From NCBI GenBank assembly GCA_964562525.1, contig CAZLTL010000002.1:18468-82467 (forward strand): a stretch of DNA of 64,000 bases, given 5' to 3'. The translations under genes were made by a program, and so were the position numbers. The notes under the pieces are model-generated. The model did no database searches, had not been told where the DNA came from, and was given only the letters and a program-made list of their open reading frames with translations. The first letter of the stretch is position 1. Every line of letters begins with the position of its first letter. Shown piece by piece: positions 32,361 to 41,968 of the stretch. The DNA is from an uncultured bacterium (lineage in GTDB: Bacteria; Omnitrophota; Omnitrophia; Omnitrophales; Aquincolibacteriaceae).

Positions 32361-32647
32361 AACGCCGCCCTACATTCATGTGCCGCTAGTCGCAGCCATT
32401 CATTTCGGGTCGGGCACTCGCTCCTCATAAAGACTTCCTTAGATCAAAATCTGACAGGAGTCAGTTTTCGATTTTCGTCAGCTAAATGATTTCGTCGGCG
32501 CTCACTTCGAATCCCCCCACGATATTCACGCCATTTCTCAAAAGGGGCTGAATACCAGGAAAAATTGAACGACCGCGGAGGTGTAGTGAAACCTACTTCG
32601 CACAAGGGAGTGAAATTTTGACGCCGTAGACGCCCCTTTTCAGAAAA

Positions 32648-32739
32648 TGGCGGAGAGGGTGGGATTCGAACCCACGGAACCCTTTCAGGTTCACACACTT
32701 TCCAGGCGTGCGCACTAGACCAGGCTATGCGACCTCTCC
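32648..32739 (-). tRNA. tRNA-Ser(GGA), CCA encoded
   Basis: Reverse complement GGAGAGGTCGCATAGCCTGGTCTAGTGCGCACGCCTGGAAAGTGTGTGAACCTGAAAGGGTTCCGTGGGTTCGAATCCCACCCTCTCCGCCA. Anticodon loop CTGGAAA. Long variable arm. Confidence 0.85.
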
Positions 32740-32840
32740 CCGAAGTGGCGCACATTATAGCGAATCCGTTTTGACAAAGCACTAGCCTCTTTCATGTTTT
32801 TTATCCTTCTCTTCGTCCCGCCGAGAAGATCGCATATACT

Positions 32841-34322
32841 ATGCCTTCTATGAAAAAGACTTATTTTTCGAATCAAGACAAAACTTTTTTAAAAAAGCAC
32901 GGAATTTTGCCTTCAGAAGCGGAAGAGCAATTACGGCGATTTAAGCGCGGTTTTCCTTTTGTTGATTTAGCCAAGCCTTGTACCGTTAAAGATGGCATTT
33001 TAAAACTAAGCGCAAAGGAAGAAAGGCGCGCCGAAGCCATTTTTAAGCGGAGCATGATTGATAGAAAAGCGGTTAAATTTGTGCCGGCATCAGGCGCAGC
33101 CAGCCGCATGTTTCATTTTTTGCAGGAAACAAAACCTGAATTTGAAGACTTAAAAAAGGCATTTCTTAAAAACTTACCCCGCTTTGCTTTTTATGAAGAT
33201 TTAACGGCTGTTTTGCGCAAGCAAGGGCATGATATTCAAGCTCTTCGCCGGGCTCGAAAGTTAGAACCCATTCTTAAGGCGTTACTTGATCCCTCGGGAC
33301 TCGGCTATCGACAAGCGCCCAAAGGGTTGATTTTCTTTCACGGAAAAGGAAAAAATAAAAGGACTGCTTTTCAAGAGCAGCTTTCCGAAGCCGTTCTTTT
33401 TTCTTCCCGCGGAAAAACACGCGTTCATTTTACTTTGCCCGCGGAAATGCGTACCAAAGCGAAAAAGCACCTAAGTCAGTCCGCGCGTTTTTTTAAAGAA
33501 ACCCGATTTATTTTAACGGACTCCATTCAAAGTCCTGCCACGGATTGTCTCGCGGCAGATAAATCGGGCAAACCGGTGCGCAATGAGCGCGGAGAGGTTT
33601 TGTTGCGTCCTGCGGGTCATGGAGCGCTATTGACGAATCTCAACCGGATTGACGCTGACTTTATCTATATCAAAAATATCGATAATATTTTGCCGCAAGC
33701 AAAGCGTCGCGAAGCGGATCGTTGGAAACGAATTTTGAGCGGGTTTTTTTTGGAGACCCAGGAACAACTTTGTCAGGCTCAAAAAGCGTTGAGTCAAAAA
33801 AAGCTTTCTCCCACGCAGGCTTTGCAGGTTTTGCGTTTTGCCGAAAAGCTGGGCTGGCGCGGACATGGGCGCAAAGAATTGACGGCCTTTTTAAACCGGC
33901 CTTTGCGTGTTGGCGGAGTCGTTGCTAATACCGGTGAGCCAGGCGGCGGACCTTTTTGGATACGAAACGAGCAGGGCCTTTCGCCTCAAATTGTTGAAAG
34001 CGCGGAAGTGAACTTCAAATCAAAGGGACAAGAGCTGATTTGGCGAGCCTCAACCCATTTTAATCCGGTAGAGTTTGTTTGCGGTGTTTGTGATTATCGC
34101 GGAAAAAAATATAATCTTATGGATTTCGCGGATGCGGAACGCGGATTGATAACCAGGAAGAACTATAATGGCCGCGAAATTCATGTGATGGAATTACCCG
34201 GTCTCTGGAATGGCGGCATGGGAAACTGGCTCACTCTTTTTGTTGAAATTCCGGGAATTGTTTTTGCTCCGGTTAAAACCGTTTTAGACTTACTTAGAAA
34301 AGAACATCAGGTTAAAAGGTAA
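32841..34322 (+). CDS. UDPGP-family nucleotidyltransferase-like protein (DUF4301-like; possible UTP--sugar-1-phosphate uridylyltransferase)
   Basis: 493 aa. VKFVPASGAASRMF (cf. the LNGGLGTSMG loop), LRPAGHGALL (cf. PGHGD/PDGNGG) and IKNIDNI. Immediately upstream of, and 1 nt from, phosphoglucomutase. Confidence 0.4.
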   Translation: MPSMKKTYFSNQDKTFLKKHGILPSEAEEQLRRFKRGFPFVDLAKPCTVKDGILKLSAKEERRAEAIFKRSMIDRKAVKFVPASGAASRMFHFLQETKPEFEDLKKAFLKNLPRFAFYEDLTAVLRKQGHDIQALRRARKLEPILKALLDPSGLGYRQAPKGLIFFHGKGKNKRTAFQEQLSEAVLFSSRGKTRVHFTLPAEMRTKAKKHLSQSARFFKETRFILTDSIQSPATDCLAADKSGKPVRNERGEVLLRPAGHGALLTNLNRIDADFIYIKNIDNILPQAKRREADRWKRILSGFFLETQEQLCQAQKALSQKKLSPTQALQVLRFAEKLGWRGHGRKELTAFLNRPLRVGGVVANTGEPGGGPFWIRNEQGLSPQIVESAEVNFKSKGQELIWRASTHFNPVEFVCGVCDYRGKKYNLMDFADAERGLITRKNYNGREIHVMELPGLWNGGMGNWLTLFVEIPGIVFAPVKTVLDLLRKEHQVKR

Positions 34323-34323
34323 A

Positions 34324-35976
34324 ATGGACAAACAGACCCAAATTCAAAAAATAAAAACCCAGCCTTTCTCCGACCAAAAGCCCGGAACTTCGGGGCTGCG
34401 AAAAAAGGTTTCTGTATTCCGGCAGCCGCGGTATGTGGAAAATTTCGCTCAATCGATTTTTAACGCGCTGCGTGCCGAGGGAGAAAAGATAGAAGGGAAA
34501 ACTTTGATTGTCGGCGGCGATGGCCGCTATTACAACAGTGAAGCCATTCAAAAGATTATTCGTGTCGCGGCCGGGAATGGTTTCGGGACAATTCTCGTTG
34601 CTCAAAAAGGGATTCTTTCCACGCCCGCCGCGTCGTGCGTCATCCGCCGACAACAGGCCTTGGGCGGAATTATTTTGTCCGCAAGTCATAATCCCGGCGG
34701 GCCCGAAGGCGACTTCGGCATGAAATACAATATTGCCACCGGTAGCTCCGCCCCGGAAAAATTAACCGAAAAAATTTATGCCGAGTCTTTGAAATTAACA
34801 GAATATTTTGAAGCGCCGGTGCCCTCGGTGGATTTAACCAAGCCGGGTATGACGCGCTGGGGTAAAACCACAGTCGCTGTCTTTGACGGACTGAACGATT
34901 ACATCGAGCTTATGCAGAGCTTATTTGATTTTGAAAGTATTCGCGCGCTTTTAAAAAGCGGATTTAAAATCAAGTTTGATGCCATGCATGCTGTTACCGG
35001 CCCCTATGCCAAGAAAATATTTGTCGAGCTTTTGGGCGCGGCGCCCGCGGACATTCTTAATGCGGAACCCAAAGAAGATTTCGGCGGCGGTCATCCCGAT
35101 CCCAACTTGGTTTACGCGGAAGAGCTGGTTAAAATTCAATTTGGCAAAGCTGCAGCCGATTTCGGCGCAGCATCCGACGGCGACGGTGACAGGAACATGA
35201 TTTTAGGAAAAAACTTTTTTGTTTCGCCCGGCGATTCGCTGGCGATGATCGCGGAGCATTTATCGACTTGCGCGCCGGGGTATGTGAAGGGCCTCAAAGG
35301 TGTTGCGCGGTCGATGCCGACCAGCGCGGCGGTGGATCGCGTCGCGAAAGCTCTGAATATTCCATGTCATGAAACGCCCACAGGATGGAAGTTTTTCGGC
35401 AATTTGATGGACGCAGGTTTGTGCACGATTTGCGGCGAAGAAAGCTTTGGGACAGGCTCAGATCATGTCCGTGAAAAAGACGGTCTTTGGGCGGTTTTAG
35501 CGTGGCTTTCCATATTGGCTAAAACACGCAAGCCGGTTGAACAAATCGCAAAGGAGCATTGGAAAAAATTCGGACGGTCTTATTTTGCCCGGCATGATTA
35601 TGAAGCGCTTGAAGCGGGTCCTGCCGCTGAAATGATGCGTGAAGCCGTGTTTATTTTTCCGCGACTGGTGGAACAGCAAATCGGCGAAGGCAATGTCGTT
35701 TCTACCGATGATTTTTGTTATGAAGACCCGACGGATAAAAGCTATTCGAAAAACCAAGGGCTTCGGATATTTTTGGATAACGGAGCGCGGATCGTGATGC
35801 GTCTTTCCGGAACCGGAACACAAGGTGCGACACTGAGACTTTATTTTGAGAGATACTCTTCAAATGAACTTAGCCACGATCCAAGTCAGTATTTAAAACC
35901 ACTATATACGTGGACGCGAAAATTTTTAAAACTCAATGAACGCTTTGGCCGTGAAGAGCCGGACGTTGTTACTTAA
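34324..35976 (+). CDS. pgm: phosphoglucomutase (alpha-D-glucose phosphate-specific, PGM1-type)
   Basis: 550 aa. Phosphoserine loop SASHNPGGP. Metal loop ASDGDGDRNMILG. Sugar-binding region. Phosphate-binding N-terminus DQKPGTSGLRKKV. Confidence 0.92.
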   Translation: MDKQTQIQKIKTQPFSDQKPGTSGLRKKVSVFRQPRYVENFAQSIFNALRAEGEKIEGKTLIVGGDGRYYNSEAIQKIIRVAAGNGFGTILVAQKGILSTPAASCVIRRQQALGGIILSASHNPGGPEGDFGMKYNIATGSSAPEKLTEKIYAESLKLTEYFEAPVPSVDLTKPGMTRWGKTTVAVFDGLNDYIELMQSLFDFESIRALLKSGFKIKFDAMHAVTGPYAKKIFVELLGAAPADILNAEPKEDFGGGHPDPNLVYAEELVKIQFGKAAADFGAASDGDGDRNMILGKNFFVSPGDSLAMIAEHLSTCAPGYVKGLKGVARSMPTSAAVDRVAKALNIPCHETPTGWKFFGNLMDAGLCTICGEESFGTGSDHVREKDGLWAVLAWLSILAKTRKPVEQIAKEHWKKFGRSYFARHDYEALEAGPAAEMMREAVFIFPRLVEQQIGEGNVVSTDDFCYEDPTDKSYSKNQGLRIFLDNGARIVMRLSGTGTQGATLRLYFERYSSNELSHDPSQYLKPLYTWTRKFLKLNERFGREEPDVVT

Positions 35977-35987
35977 CTTATAACGCA

Positions 35988-36075
35988 AAGATCAGAAGTC
36001 AAAACCATAACTTAAAGCCCAAAAACGTTCGGACAGTTGAGTGTTTTTGATCTATGGTTCTGAGCTCTGATCTTT
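35988..36075. repeat. intergenic inverted-repeat element (arms AAAGATCAGAAgtcaAAACCATAACTT / TGATCTATGGTTCTGAgctCTGATCTTT), member of a small dispersed repeat family
   Basis: Arms at 35988-36013 and 36048-36075 are near-perfect reverse complements. Related copies: AAAGATCAGAACCATAACT at 9562-9580; AAGGATCAGAACCACAG / TCTATGGTTTTGATTTCTGATT at 38588-38664; a partial copy at 36076-36090. Confidence 0.6.
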
Positions 36076-36092
36076 AAATTCTGATCTTTATT

Positions 36093-36824
36093 ATGCTGGC
36101 TGTTGAAATAAAAAATTTATCAAAATATTACGGGAAATTCCAAGCGCTAGACCATCTTTCATTTGAAGTGAAGGAAGGCGACTTCTTTGGATTTCTTGGG
36201 CCTAACGGCGCGGGCAAAACCACAGCCATTCGTGTTTTAACGGGTTTAGCGAAGTACAGCGAGGGGGACGTTCGGGTTTTTGGCTATGATGTGGTGCGCG
36301 ATTATCGCAAGACGCGCAGCTTAATCGGGCTGGTTCCTCAAGAGTTTAATTTTGACCCCTTTTTTTCGGCGGAGTGGATTTTACGTTTGGAAGGCGGTTA
36401 TTTTGGGATGGGATCCAAAGAGGCGAAACAGCGGTCGGAAGAATTGCTCAAAATGCTGAATCTTTGGGAAAAGCGGAATCAAGATTATAAAAAGCTTTCC
36501 GGCGGCATGAAGCGGCGGTTGCTGATTGCGCGCGCGCTGATGCATCGTCCCAAACTGCTCATCTTGGACGAGCCAACAGCCGGAGTGGATGTGGAGCTGC
36601 GCTATGAACTTTGGGAATTTTTGCAGAAGCTGAATCGCGAAGGCACAACGATTATTTTAACCACGCATTATATCGAAGAGGCGGAACGGCTTTGCGAAAC
36701 CATAGGCGTGATTCACCAAGGAAAAATGCTTACGGTGGAAAAGAAAGAAGAGCTGATTCGCTCAGGGAAGCTAGAAACGGTTTTTCTCCAGCTGATCCGA
36801 TCTGAAAACGAGACAAAAGCATGA
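36093..36824 (+). CDS. ABC transporter ATP-binding protein (ABC-2 exporter type)
   Basis: Walker A GPNGAGKTT. Signature LSGGMKRR. Walker B LLILDEPT. Confidence 0.9.
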   Translation: MLAVEIKNLSKYYGKFQALDHLSFEVKEGDFFGFLGPNGAGKTTAIRVLTGLAKYSEGDVRVFGYDVVRDYRKTRSLIGLVPQEFNFDPFFSAEWILRLEGGYFGMGSKEAKQRSEELLKMLNLWEKRNQDYKKLSGGMKRRLLIARALMHRPKLLILDEPTAGVDVELRYELWEFLQKLNREGTTIILTTHYIEEAERLCETIGVIHQGKMLTVEKKEELIRSGKLETVFLQLIRSENETKA

Positions 36825-37585
36825 AGCGTTGGAATGGTTTCAAAACTTTGGTGTGGCGTGAAGTTGTGCGGTTTTTTACCGTGGCAATTCAAACGCTTTT
36901 ACCGCCTCTGGTTTCAAGTTTTCTTTATGTTTTTATTTTTGGACTTTCGCTCGGGAAGCGCTTGGGTGATTTGCATGGTGTGTCGTATCTCCAGTTTATG
37001 CTTCCGGGCATGATCATGATGTATGTCATTGAAAGCGCATATCAAAACACTTCAAGCTCGCTTTTTATTTCCCGCTGGGCGAATTACATCGAAGAGCTTT
37101 TGGTGACTCCGCTTTCCTACACCGAAATGGTTTTTGCCATCATTTTCGGCGGACTTGTGCGTAGCATGCTAATCGCAGCGGGAGTGTTTGGCGTGGCCTC
37201 ACTTTTCGTGACTCTGCCGTGGACGCACCCTTTGCTTGTATTTTATTTTTTAGTTTTGGTTTCATTGACCTTTTCTTGCCTGGGAATGATCGTGGCGCTC
37301 GTTGCGGAAGAGTTTGAACATTTAAGCATCGCGACTACGTTTTTGATCACACCGCTTGTCTTTTTTGGGGGCGTATTTCATTCAACGGAGATGCTGCCCG
37401 AAAAGCTTCAAGGCATTTCCCAATTTAATCCTATGTTCTATATGATTAACGGATTACGCTATAGTTTTCTCGGCAGCTCCGATGCGCCGATTGCGCTTTG
37501 TTTGATAGTCGTCGCGGGGCTTTTTATTGCATTATTTTCAGGAACCGTTTTGCTTTTTCGTTCAGGATACAAACTTAGGAAATAA
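36821..37585 (+). CDS. ABC-2 family transporter permease
   Basis: 254 aa with 6 TM segments. 4-nt overlap with the ATPase gene. Confidence 0.8.
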   Translation: MKRWNGFKTLVWREVVRFFTVAIQTLLPPLVSSFLYVFIFGLSLGKRLGDLHGVSYLQFMLPGMIMMYVIESAYQNTSSSLFISRWANYIEELLVTPLSYTEMVFAIIFGGLVRSMLIAAGVFGVASLFVTLPWTHPLLVFYFLVLVSLTFSCLGMIVALVAEEFEHLSIATTFLITPLVFFGGVFHSTEMLPEKLQGISQFNPMFYMINGLRYSFLGSSDAPIALCLIVVAGLFIALFSGTVLLFRSGYKLRK

Positions 37586-37590
37586 TTCAC

Positions 37591-38565
37591 ATGATAAATT
37601 CTTATTTCTTTTGTGCGGAAACGGGTCTCAAGCGGAATGTCTCACGTGCGGAGATGCACGCTATTCTTAAGAAAAAAGAAGGCGTGCTGTGGGTGGACAT
37701 GGATGAAGCCACCGACATTGAAGATGAGCTGCTGGTGGAAATTTTTAATTTCCATGAACTTGCGATCGAAGACGCGCTCAATGATCATTGCGGCTCGAAG
37801 CTGGATGATTACGGCGATTATTTATTCATGAACATGGACGCGATCGCGCTCAAATTAAATGAAGAGCATCAGCGTGTGCTTGTTTCCTCTGAACTTTCCA
37901 TGTTTTTAGGCCCGAATTATGTCGTGACTTATCACAAAAACACGATCCCTTCCATTTTAGCGGACCGGCTGGCTGTTGAAAAAAAGCCTCATGCTCAGCT
38001 GGGTGAAGGCGCGGGGGCGTTGCTGCATACGATTATTGACCATTTGGTTGATAGCTATATTTCCGTAATTCATCAGTATGAAGAAAAAGCGGAAGAAATC
38101 GAAACAGAAATTTTTTCGGATGGAGCGGATTATTTAAAAAAATTGATGAGCGTAAAACAGGACATATTTAAACTGCGGCGTGTTTTTGGACCCCAAAAAG
38201 ATATGCTTTACGCGCTTGCTCGTTACCGGAAATTGGTTGGAACGGAAAACGAATTTTATTTTCGCGATGTGTATGACCATCTGGTGAATATCACCTTGAT
38301 GGCTGATGGAATTTATGAAAATTTAACCGGAATTTTGCAGGTTTATTTTTCTTATTCTTCAACCAAACTCAATGAAGTGATGAAGCGCCTGACGATTTTA
38401 GCGACGCTTTCCATGCCCGCACTTTTAATTTTTAGCCTTTATGGAATGAATTTTGAGTGGATGCCTTTTCTGAAAAACCCGCTTGGATTTTGGGTTTCTC
38501 AAGGCGTAACCTTTTTGATGGCGGTGGGGATGCTCATTTGGATGAAATGGAAAAAATGGATCTAA
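37591..38565 (+). CDS. corA: magnesium/cobalt transporter CorA
   Basis: 324 aa. C-terminal two TM helices with the YGMNFEWMP (GMN) motif. Confidence 0.85.
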   Translation: MINSYFFCAETGLKRNVSRAEMHAILKKKEGVLWVDMDEATDIEDELLVEIFNFHELAIEDALNDHCGSKLDDYGDYLFMNMDAIALKLNEEHQRVLVSSELSMFLGPNYVVTYHKNTIPSILADRLAVEKKPHAQLGEGAGALLHTIIDHLVDSYISVIHQYEEKAEEIETEIFSDGADYLKKLMSVKQDIFKLRRVFGPQKDMLYALARYRKLVGTENEFYFRDVYDHLVNITLMADGIYENLTGILQVYFSYSSTKLNEVMKRLTILATLSMPALLIFSLYGMNFEWMPFLKNPLGFWVSQGVTFLMAVGMLIWMKWKKWI

Positions 38566-38587
38566 ATAAATCAAAATTTAAAACTCA

Positions 38588-38664
38588 AGGATCAGAACCA
38601 CAGTTTAGAACTCAAAGATGCTCAAACATCTTTCAGCTTTTATCTATGGTTTTGATTTCTGATT
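38588..38664. repeat. second copy of the GATCAGAACCA-type inverted-repeat intergenic element (corA-rlmN spacer)
   Basis: Left arm aaggatcagaaccacag; right arm tctatggttttgatttctgatt, which is the reverse complement of aatcagaaatcaaaaccataga. Confidence 0.55.
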
Positions 38665-38665
38665 T

Positions 38666-39718
38666 ATGAACTCTAAGTTAACCTTGTATGGGATGAGCGT
38701 AAAAGATCTGCAAGAAGCGGTGAAGGCCGTAGGTTTGCCGGCTTTTCGCGGTGTTCAGTTGGGCGACTGGATTTATAAGAAGAATGTTTTGGAGTGGAGT
38801 GAGATTAAAAACTTCTCCAAGGCAGATCTCGAAAAGCTCGCCGAACATTATGATTTACGTTCTCTCGATGGCTCAGAGGCTTCTTTTTCAAAAGGCTTAG
38901 AGTCGACTAAAGGTTTGTTCAAAGCACGCGATGGGCATTTTCTCGAAAGCGTTTTAATTTCGCAAAGAGACCGTCAGACGGTTTGTCTTTCCACCCAAAT
39001 GGGCTGCAAAATGGCATGCTCGTTTTGCGCGAGCGGCAAGGCGAAGTTTTTACGCAACCTCACGGCCGGTGAAATTGTGGAGCAAGTCGCATGGGTTCAG
39101 CGGAAAACCGGAAAAAAAGTGACGAATATTGTTTTCATGGGAATGGGGGAACCACTGGATAATTTTGACGCAACCATGAAGGCGATTGAAATCCTTATCG
39201 CGGATTGGGGCTTTCAGCTGGGCGGAAGGCGCGTCACGGTTTCCACTTCAGGCATTACTCCTAAAATTATTGAATTTGTCGAGCGCGTGGATGGGCGCGT
39301 GCGGCTTTCGGTTTCATTGCACTCTTCCAAGCCCGAAGTGCGCGATGAGCTGATGCCGATTAACCGAAGATACAACATTGATAATCTCATGCAAACGCTG
39401 ACCGAAGTTCACAGCAAGTTGAAACGTGAAATTACTTTCGAATATACATTGATTGAAAACATCAATGACACCGAAGAAGAAGCGCGCGGTGTGGTTAAAA
39501 TTTGTCTTCCTTTAAACGCGAAAGTGAATCTCATTCCTTACAACCCCATTCGTGAAATGGCCGCGGTTTACAAAACGCCTTCCAAAGAACGAATTGAAAG
39601 ATTTACCAAAATCTTAATGGATTCGGGAATTCACGTGACGCTTCGCAAAACCGCCGGCAGAGAGATTGACGCTGCGTGCGGCCAGCTCAGGCTCGACCGT
39701 GAGCAGGTTAAAGGTTAA
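38666..39718 (+). CDS. rlmN: 23S rRNA A2503 / tRNA A37 C2-methyltransferase RlmN (radical SAM)
   Basis: 350 aa. CxxxCxxC cluster MGCKMACSFCASG. RlmN/Cfr-specific residues (GMGEPL). Confidence 0.85.
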   Translation: MNSKLTLYGMSVKDLQEAVKAVGLPAFRGVQLGDWIYKKNVLEWSEIKNFSKADLEKLAEHYDLRSLDGSEASFSKGLESTKGLFKARDGHFLESVLISQRDRQTVCLSTQMGCKMACSFCASGKAKFLRNLTAGEIVEQVAWVQRKTGKKVTNIVFMGMGEPLDNFDATMKAIEILIADWGFQLGGRRVTVSTSGITPKIIEFVERVDGRVRLSVSLHSSKPEVRDELMPINRRYNIDNLMQTLTEVHSKLKREITFEYTLIENINDTEEEARGVVKICLPLNAKVNLIPYNPIREMAAVYKTPSKERIERFTKILMDSGIHVTLRKTAGREIDAACGQLRLDREQVKG

Positions 39719-39729
39719 ATCTAAAAGGT

Positions 39730-40164
39730 TTAAACCATAGGCTTAAGGTTGCCAGGTTCTTTCTTACCACGCAAGGTGAGCATGCTAGCCCCCAACATTT
39801 TGCAAAGGCTATTGTTTTCTGAAATGAGATTTTCTATAGATTCAGGAGTTATTTTTTTTGAATCTCGCAGTAAACAAAGCCAGTATTCACTTTCATTAGC
39901 GGATTTCAAAGCGTATGAAAAAAAGTTAGCAAAATCTTTTCGAGAGCTACTGCCCTTTGCTTCAATGATATTAGCGCCAATCGAAGTTGCGGCACGCAAT
40001 AATTGCTTTGCGATAATTTGGGAAGCGAAATCATTTTTGAGCGCTTCCATAAGACGGATAACTCTAATTGAGAACGCATAGCTCTTTTCTTGTAATAAGG
40101 TTTTAGCTTTTGGGTTATGGTTTTGCCCCTTAACCTTTAAGCTTTGACTTGATTGTATTGCCAT
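39730..40164 (-). CDS. four-helix-bundle protein (TIGR02436 family)
   Basis: KSYAFSIRVIRLMEALKNDFASQIIAKQLLRAATSIGANIIEAKG...SEYWLCLLRDS is a typical family signature. The annotated start overlaps the stop of the convergent... strictly upstream-on-minus gene by 28 nt, so the true start is probably internal. Confidence 0.75.
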   Translation of the reverse strand: MAIQSSQSLKVKGQNHNPKAKTLLQEKSYAFSIRVIRLMEALKNDFASQIIAKQLLRAATSIGANIIEAKGSSSRKDFANFFSYALKSANESEYWLCLLRDSKKITPESIENLISENNSLCKMLGASMLTLRGKKEPGNLKPMV

Positions 40165-41798
40165 ATTTCCTCCAACTCAGGGTTTGCGCTATAAATTCTT
40201 TCCAGCTGCTTCGACAAATATCCATCCGTTAGCGCATCGATCAAAGAGGTCAGTTCGTCGAGGCGCAAAAGGCGCTCAAGGTGCGCGGCTTCGTCGGGCG
40301 AAGGCGAGTGGATGATTTCTGCCTGTAAGCGGCGGCGCTCATAAAAAAGCCGCGTGGCTTCGGATAATAAGTCGTTGCGCTGATCAACCATGAGCTTGGA
40401 GCGTGAATCAATCGAGGTTTGAGACGAACTAAAAATAAAATCTCCCAGATCCCAAGAAGCGCTGATGTCAGCGCCGCGGTCTTTGTCCCATGGCCCTTCG
40501 ATAAAACGGTCGGGATCATTTGTTCCGGCACGATCAAGATCGATGTTGTTCGATGTTCCCCAATCTTTTCCCGCGGAAAGGCTTGGAAGTAAAGCCGCCA
40601 CGCGAGATTGCGCATGCCAGCGTTTAATTTTGCCATTACCTGTGTCAGAGTAACGAATGACTCTTTTATGAATGTCTCTCGCAGAGGGCTCGAGCCGCAG
40701 CAGCTTATTAAAAGTACGCGCGTTCTCCGCGCTGATGGGCAGGGAAGGAGCTTTCTCAGCCCACTCCCAAAGTCCTTCCGCATTGACCGCGAGCAAGAGA
40801 TTTAAAGCGTCCAGATGTAGCGCTGAAAAAATATTTGCTTTTGCGAAACCGTCATTTTGACTTTGCCACTTGCCGTCCGAGCTATTAAAAACAAACAAAC
40901 CTTGTTCGCAAATGCCGATCAATTGTTTCTTTTTAGAGTTCCAGACCAAGCGTTTTGGAAGAGCGTTGCGCAATCCCGATCCGGAAAGCTGCTGCCAATC
41001 AAGCCCGTTACGGCTTTGAAAAACCCCTTTGGATGTTGCGAGGTAGAAGCTTTCTTCTGTTTCAACAAAGTCAAAAAAGGTTTGTTGCAGGGCCTGCGAC
41101 TGCTCATCTTCAAATTCTTTAGGGAGCGTATCCGCATCATCGTTGGTTTTGTCGAAATCAAAAAGTTTTAAGGCGGTTTGTACCGAATCATCCTCAGCAA
41201 GGCGCCAGTCGCCATTTGCCGAAAAGAAAAGTCCGATGGAGCTTTCGGCGATTAAAAAAACAGGTAAAGAATCCGCAAGATCAGAGCGCTTATGCCAGGA
41301 GGAAGTATTTTTTTGTGCCGACCATAGACCGCGCGGGGTCCCAACCCACCATGTGTCTTTCCCCGCGAAAAAAGCAAGCGGAGCTTTTTCTTTGTCGCGG
41401 CTTTCATAAATACGATTCATCTCCCGCGTCACCGCATTTCCTTCAAAGACGGATTGTCTGGTTTGAATCCAAAGACTTTGATTCAGCCCGGAAGCGGAGA
41501 TTCGCGTAATTTCATCTTGCGGATGAGAAACAGCAAAGAGGGATTGCCAAGCGCCGTTTTCATTTTTAAAAACGGCATGCGGTGTCGCGGCGTAATAACT
41601 GTTGTCTGATTTGGGATCGGAAGCAAGTGCCACAGGCGTTTCTGTGGAGGGAAAGCCATGAACTCTTTCCCATGCGGCTAATCCTGATTTTGGCAAGATG
41701 AGCAAGACAGCTAATACAAACCATCCCCACTTCCGGGAAGCGGGGATGGTCCCAGCTCGAGTATTTGATTTTGTGCAGCAAAAGTGATTCATAAGCAA
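40137..41798 (-). CDS. secreted protein with BNR/Ycf48-like beta-propeller repeats and a C-terminal charged/helical tail
   Basis: 553 aa. N-terminal hydrophobic signal. Recurring G.W.S.d.G.tW-like blades (DTWWVGTPRGLWSAQ, GVFQSRNGLDWQQL, GLFVFNSSDGKWQSQ). Divergently transcribed from the giant gene across an AT-rich 167-bp spacer. Confidence 0.5.
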   Translation of the reverse strand: MLMNHFCCTKSNTRAGTIPASRKWGWFVLAVLLILPKSGLAAWERVHGFPSTETPVALASDPKSDNSYYAATPHAVFKNENGAWQSLFAVSHPQDEITRISASGLNQSLWIQTRQSVFEGNAVTREMNRIYESRDKEKAPLAFFAGKDTWWVGTPRGLWSAQKNTSSWHKRSDLADSLPVFLIAESSIGLFFSANGDWRLAEDDSVQTALKLFDFDKTNDDADTLPKEFEDEQSQALQQTFFDFVETEESFYLATSKGVFQSRNGLDWQQLSGSGLRNALPKRLVWNSKKKQLIGICEQGLFVFNSSDGKWQSQNDGFAKANIFSALHLDALNLLLAVNAEGLWEWAEKAPSLPISAENARTFNKLLRLEPSARDIHKRVIRYSDTGNGKIKRWHAQSRVAALLPSLSAGKDWGTSNNIDLDRAGTNDPDRFIEGPWDKDRGADISASWDLGDFIFSSSQTSIDSRSKLMVDQRNDLLSEATRLFYERRRLQAEIIHSPSPDEAAHLERLLRLDELTSLIDALTDGYLSKQLERIYSANPELEEIWQYNQVKA

Positions 41799-41968
41799 GA
41801 AATGTATGATAAATATAAATGTAAGTCAATTGAAAAATGATTATTTATTATATTTAAGGATTTTCATCTTGGCTGGGTTGAAATGGCAGGGTTTAGCAGG
41901 CACATTTCTAAGAACATTTACTAAGTTCAACTTCGGGCGTAAAGCAGTCTTCAAAGCAAGGATAGTTG

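Noticed and set aside
32444-32782. 112-aa minus-strand ORF
   Set aside because: It overlaps tRNA-Ser(GGA) and its flank. WVRIPPSPPFS is the tRNA read as protein.
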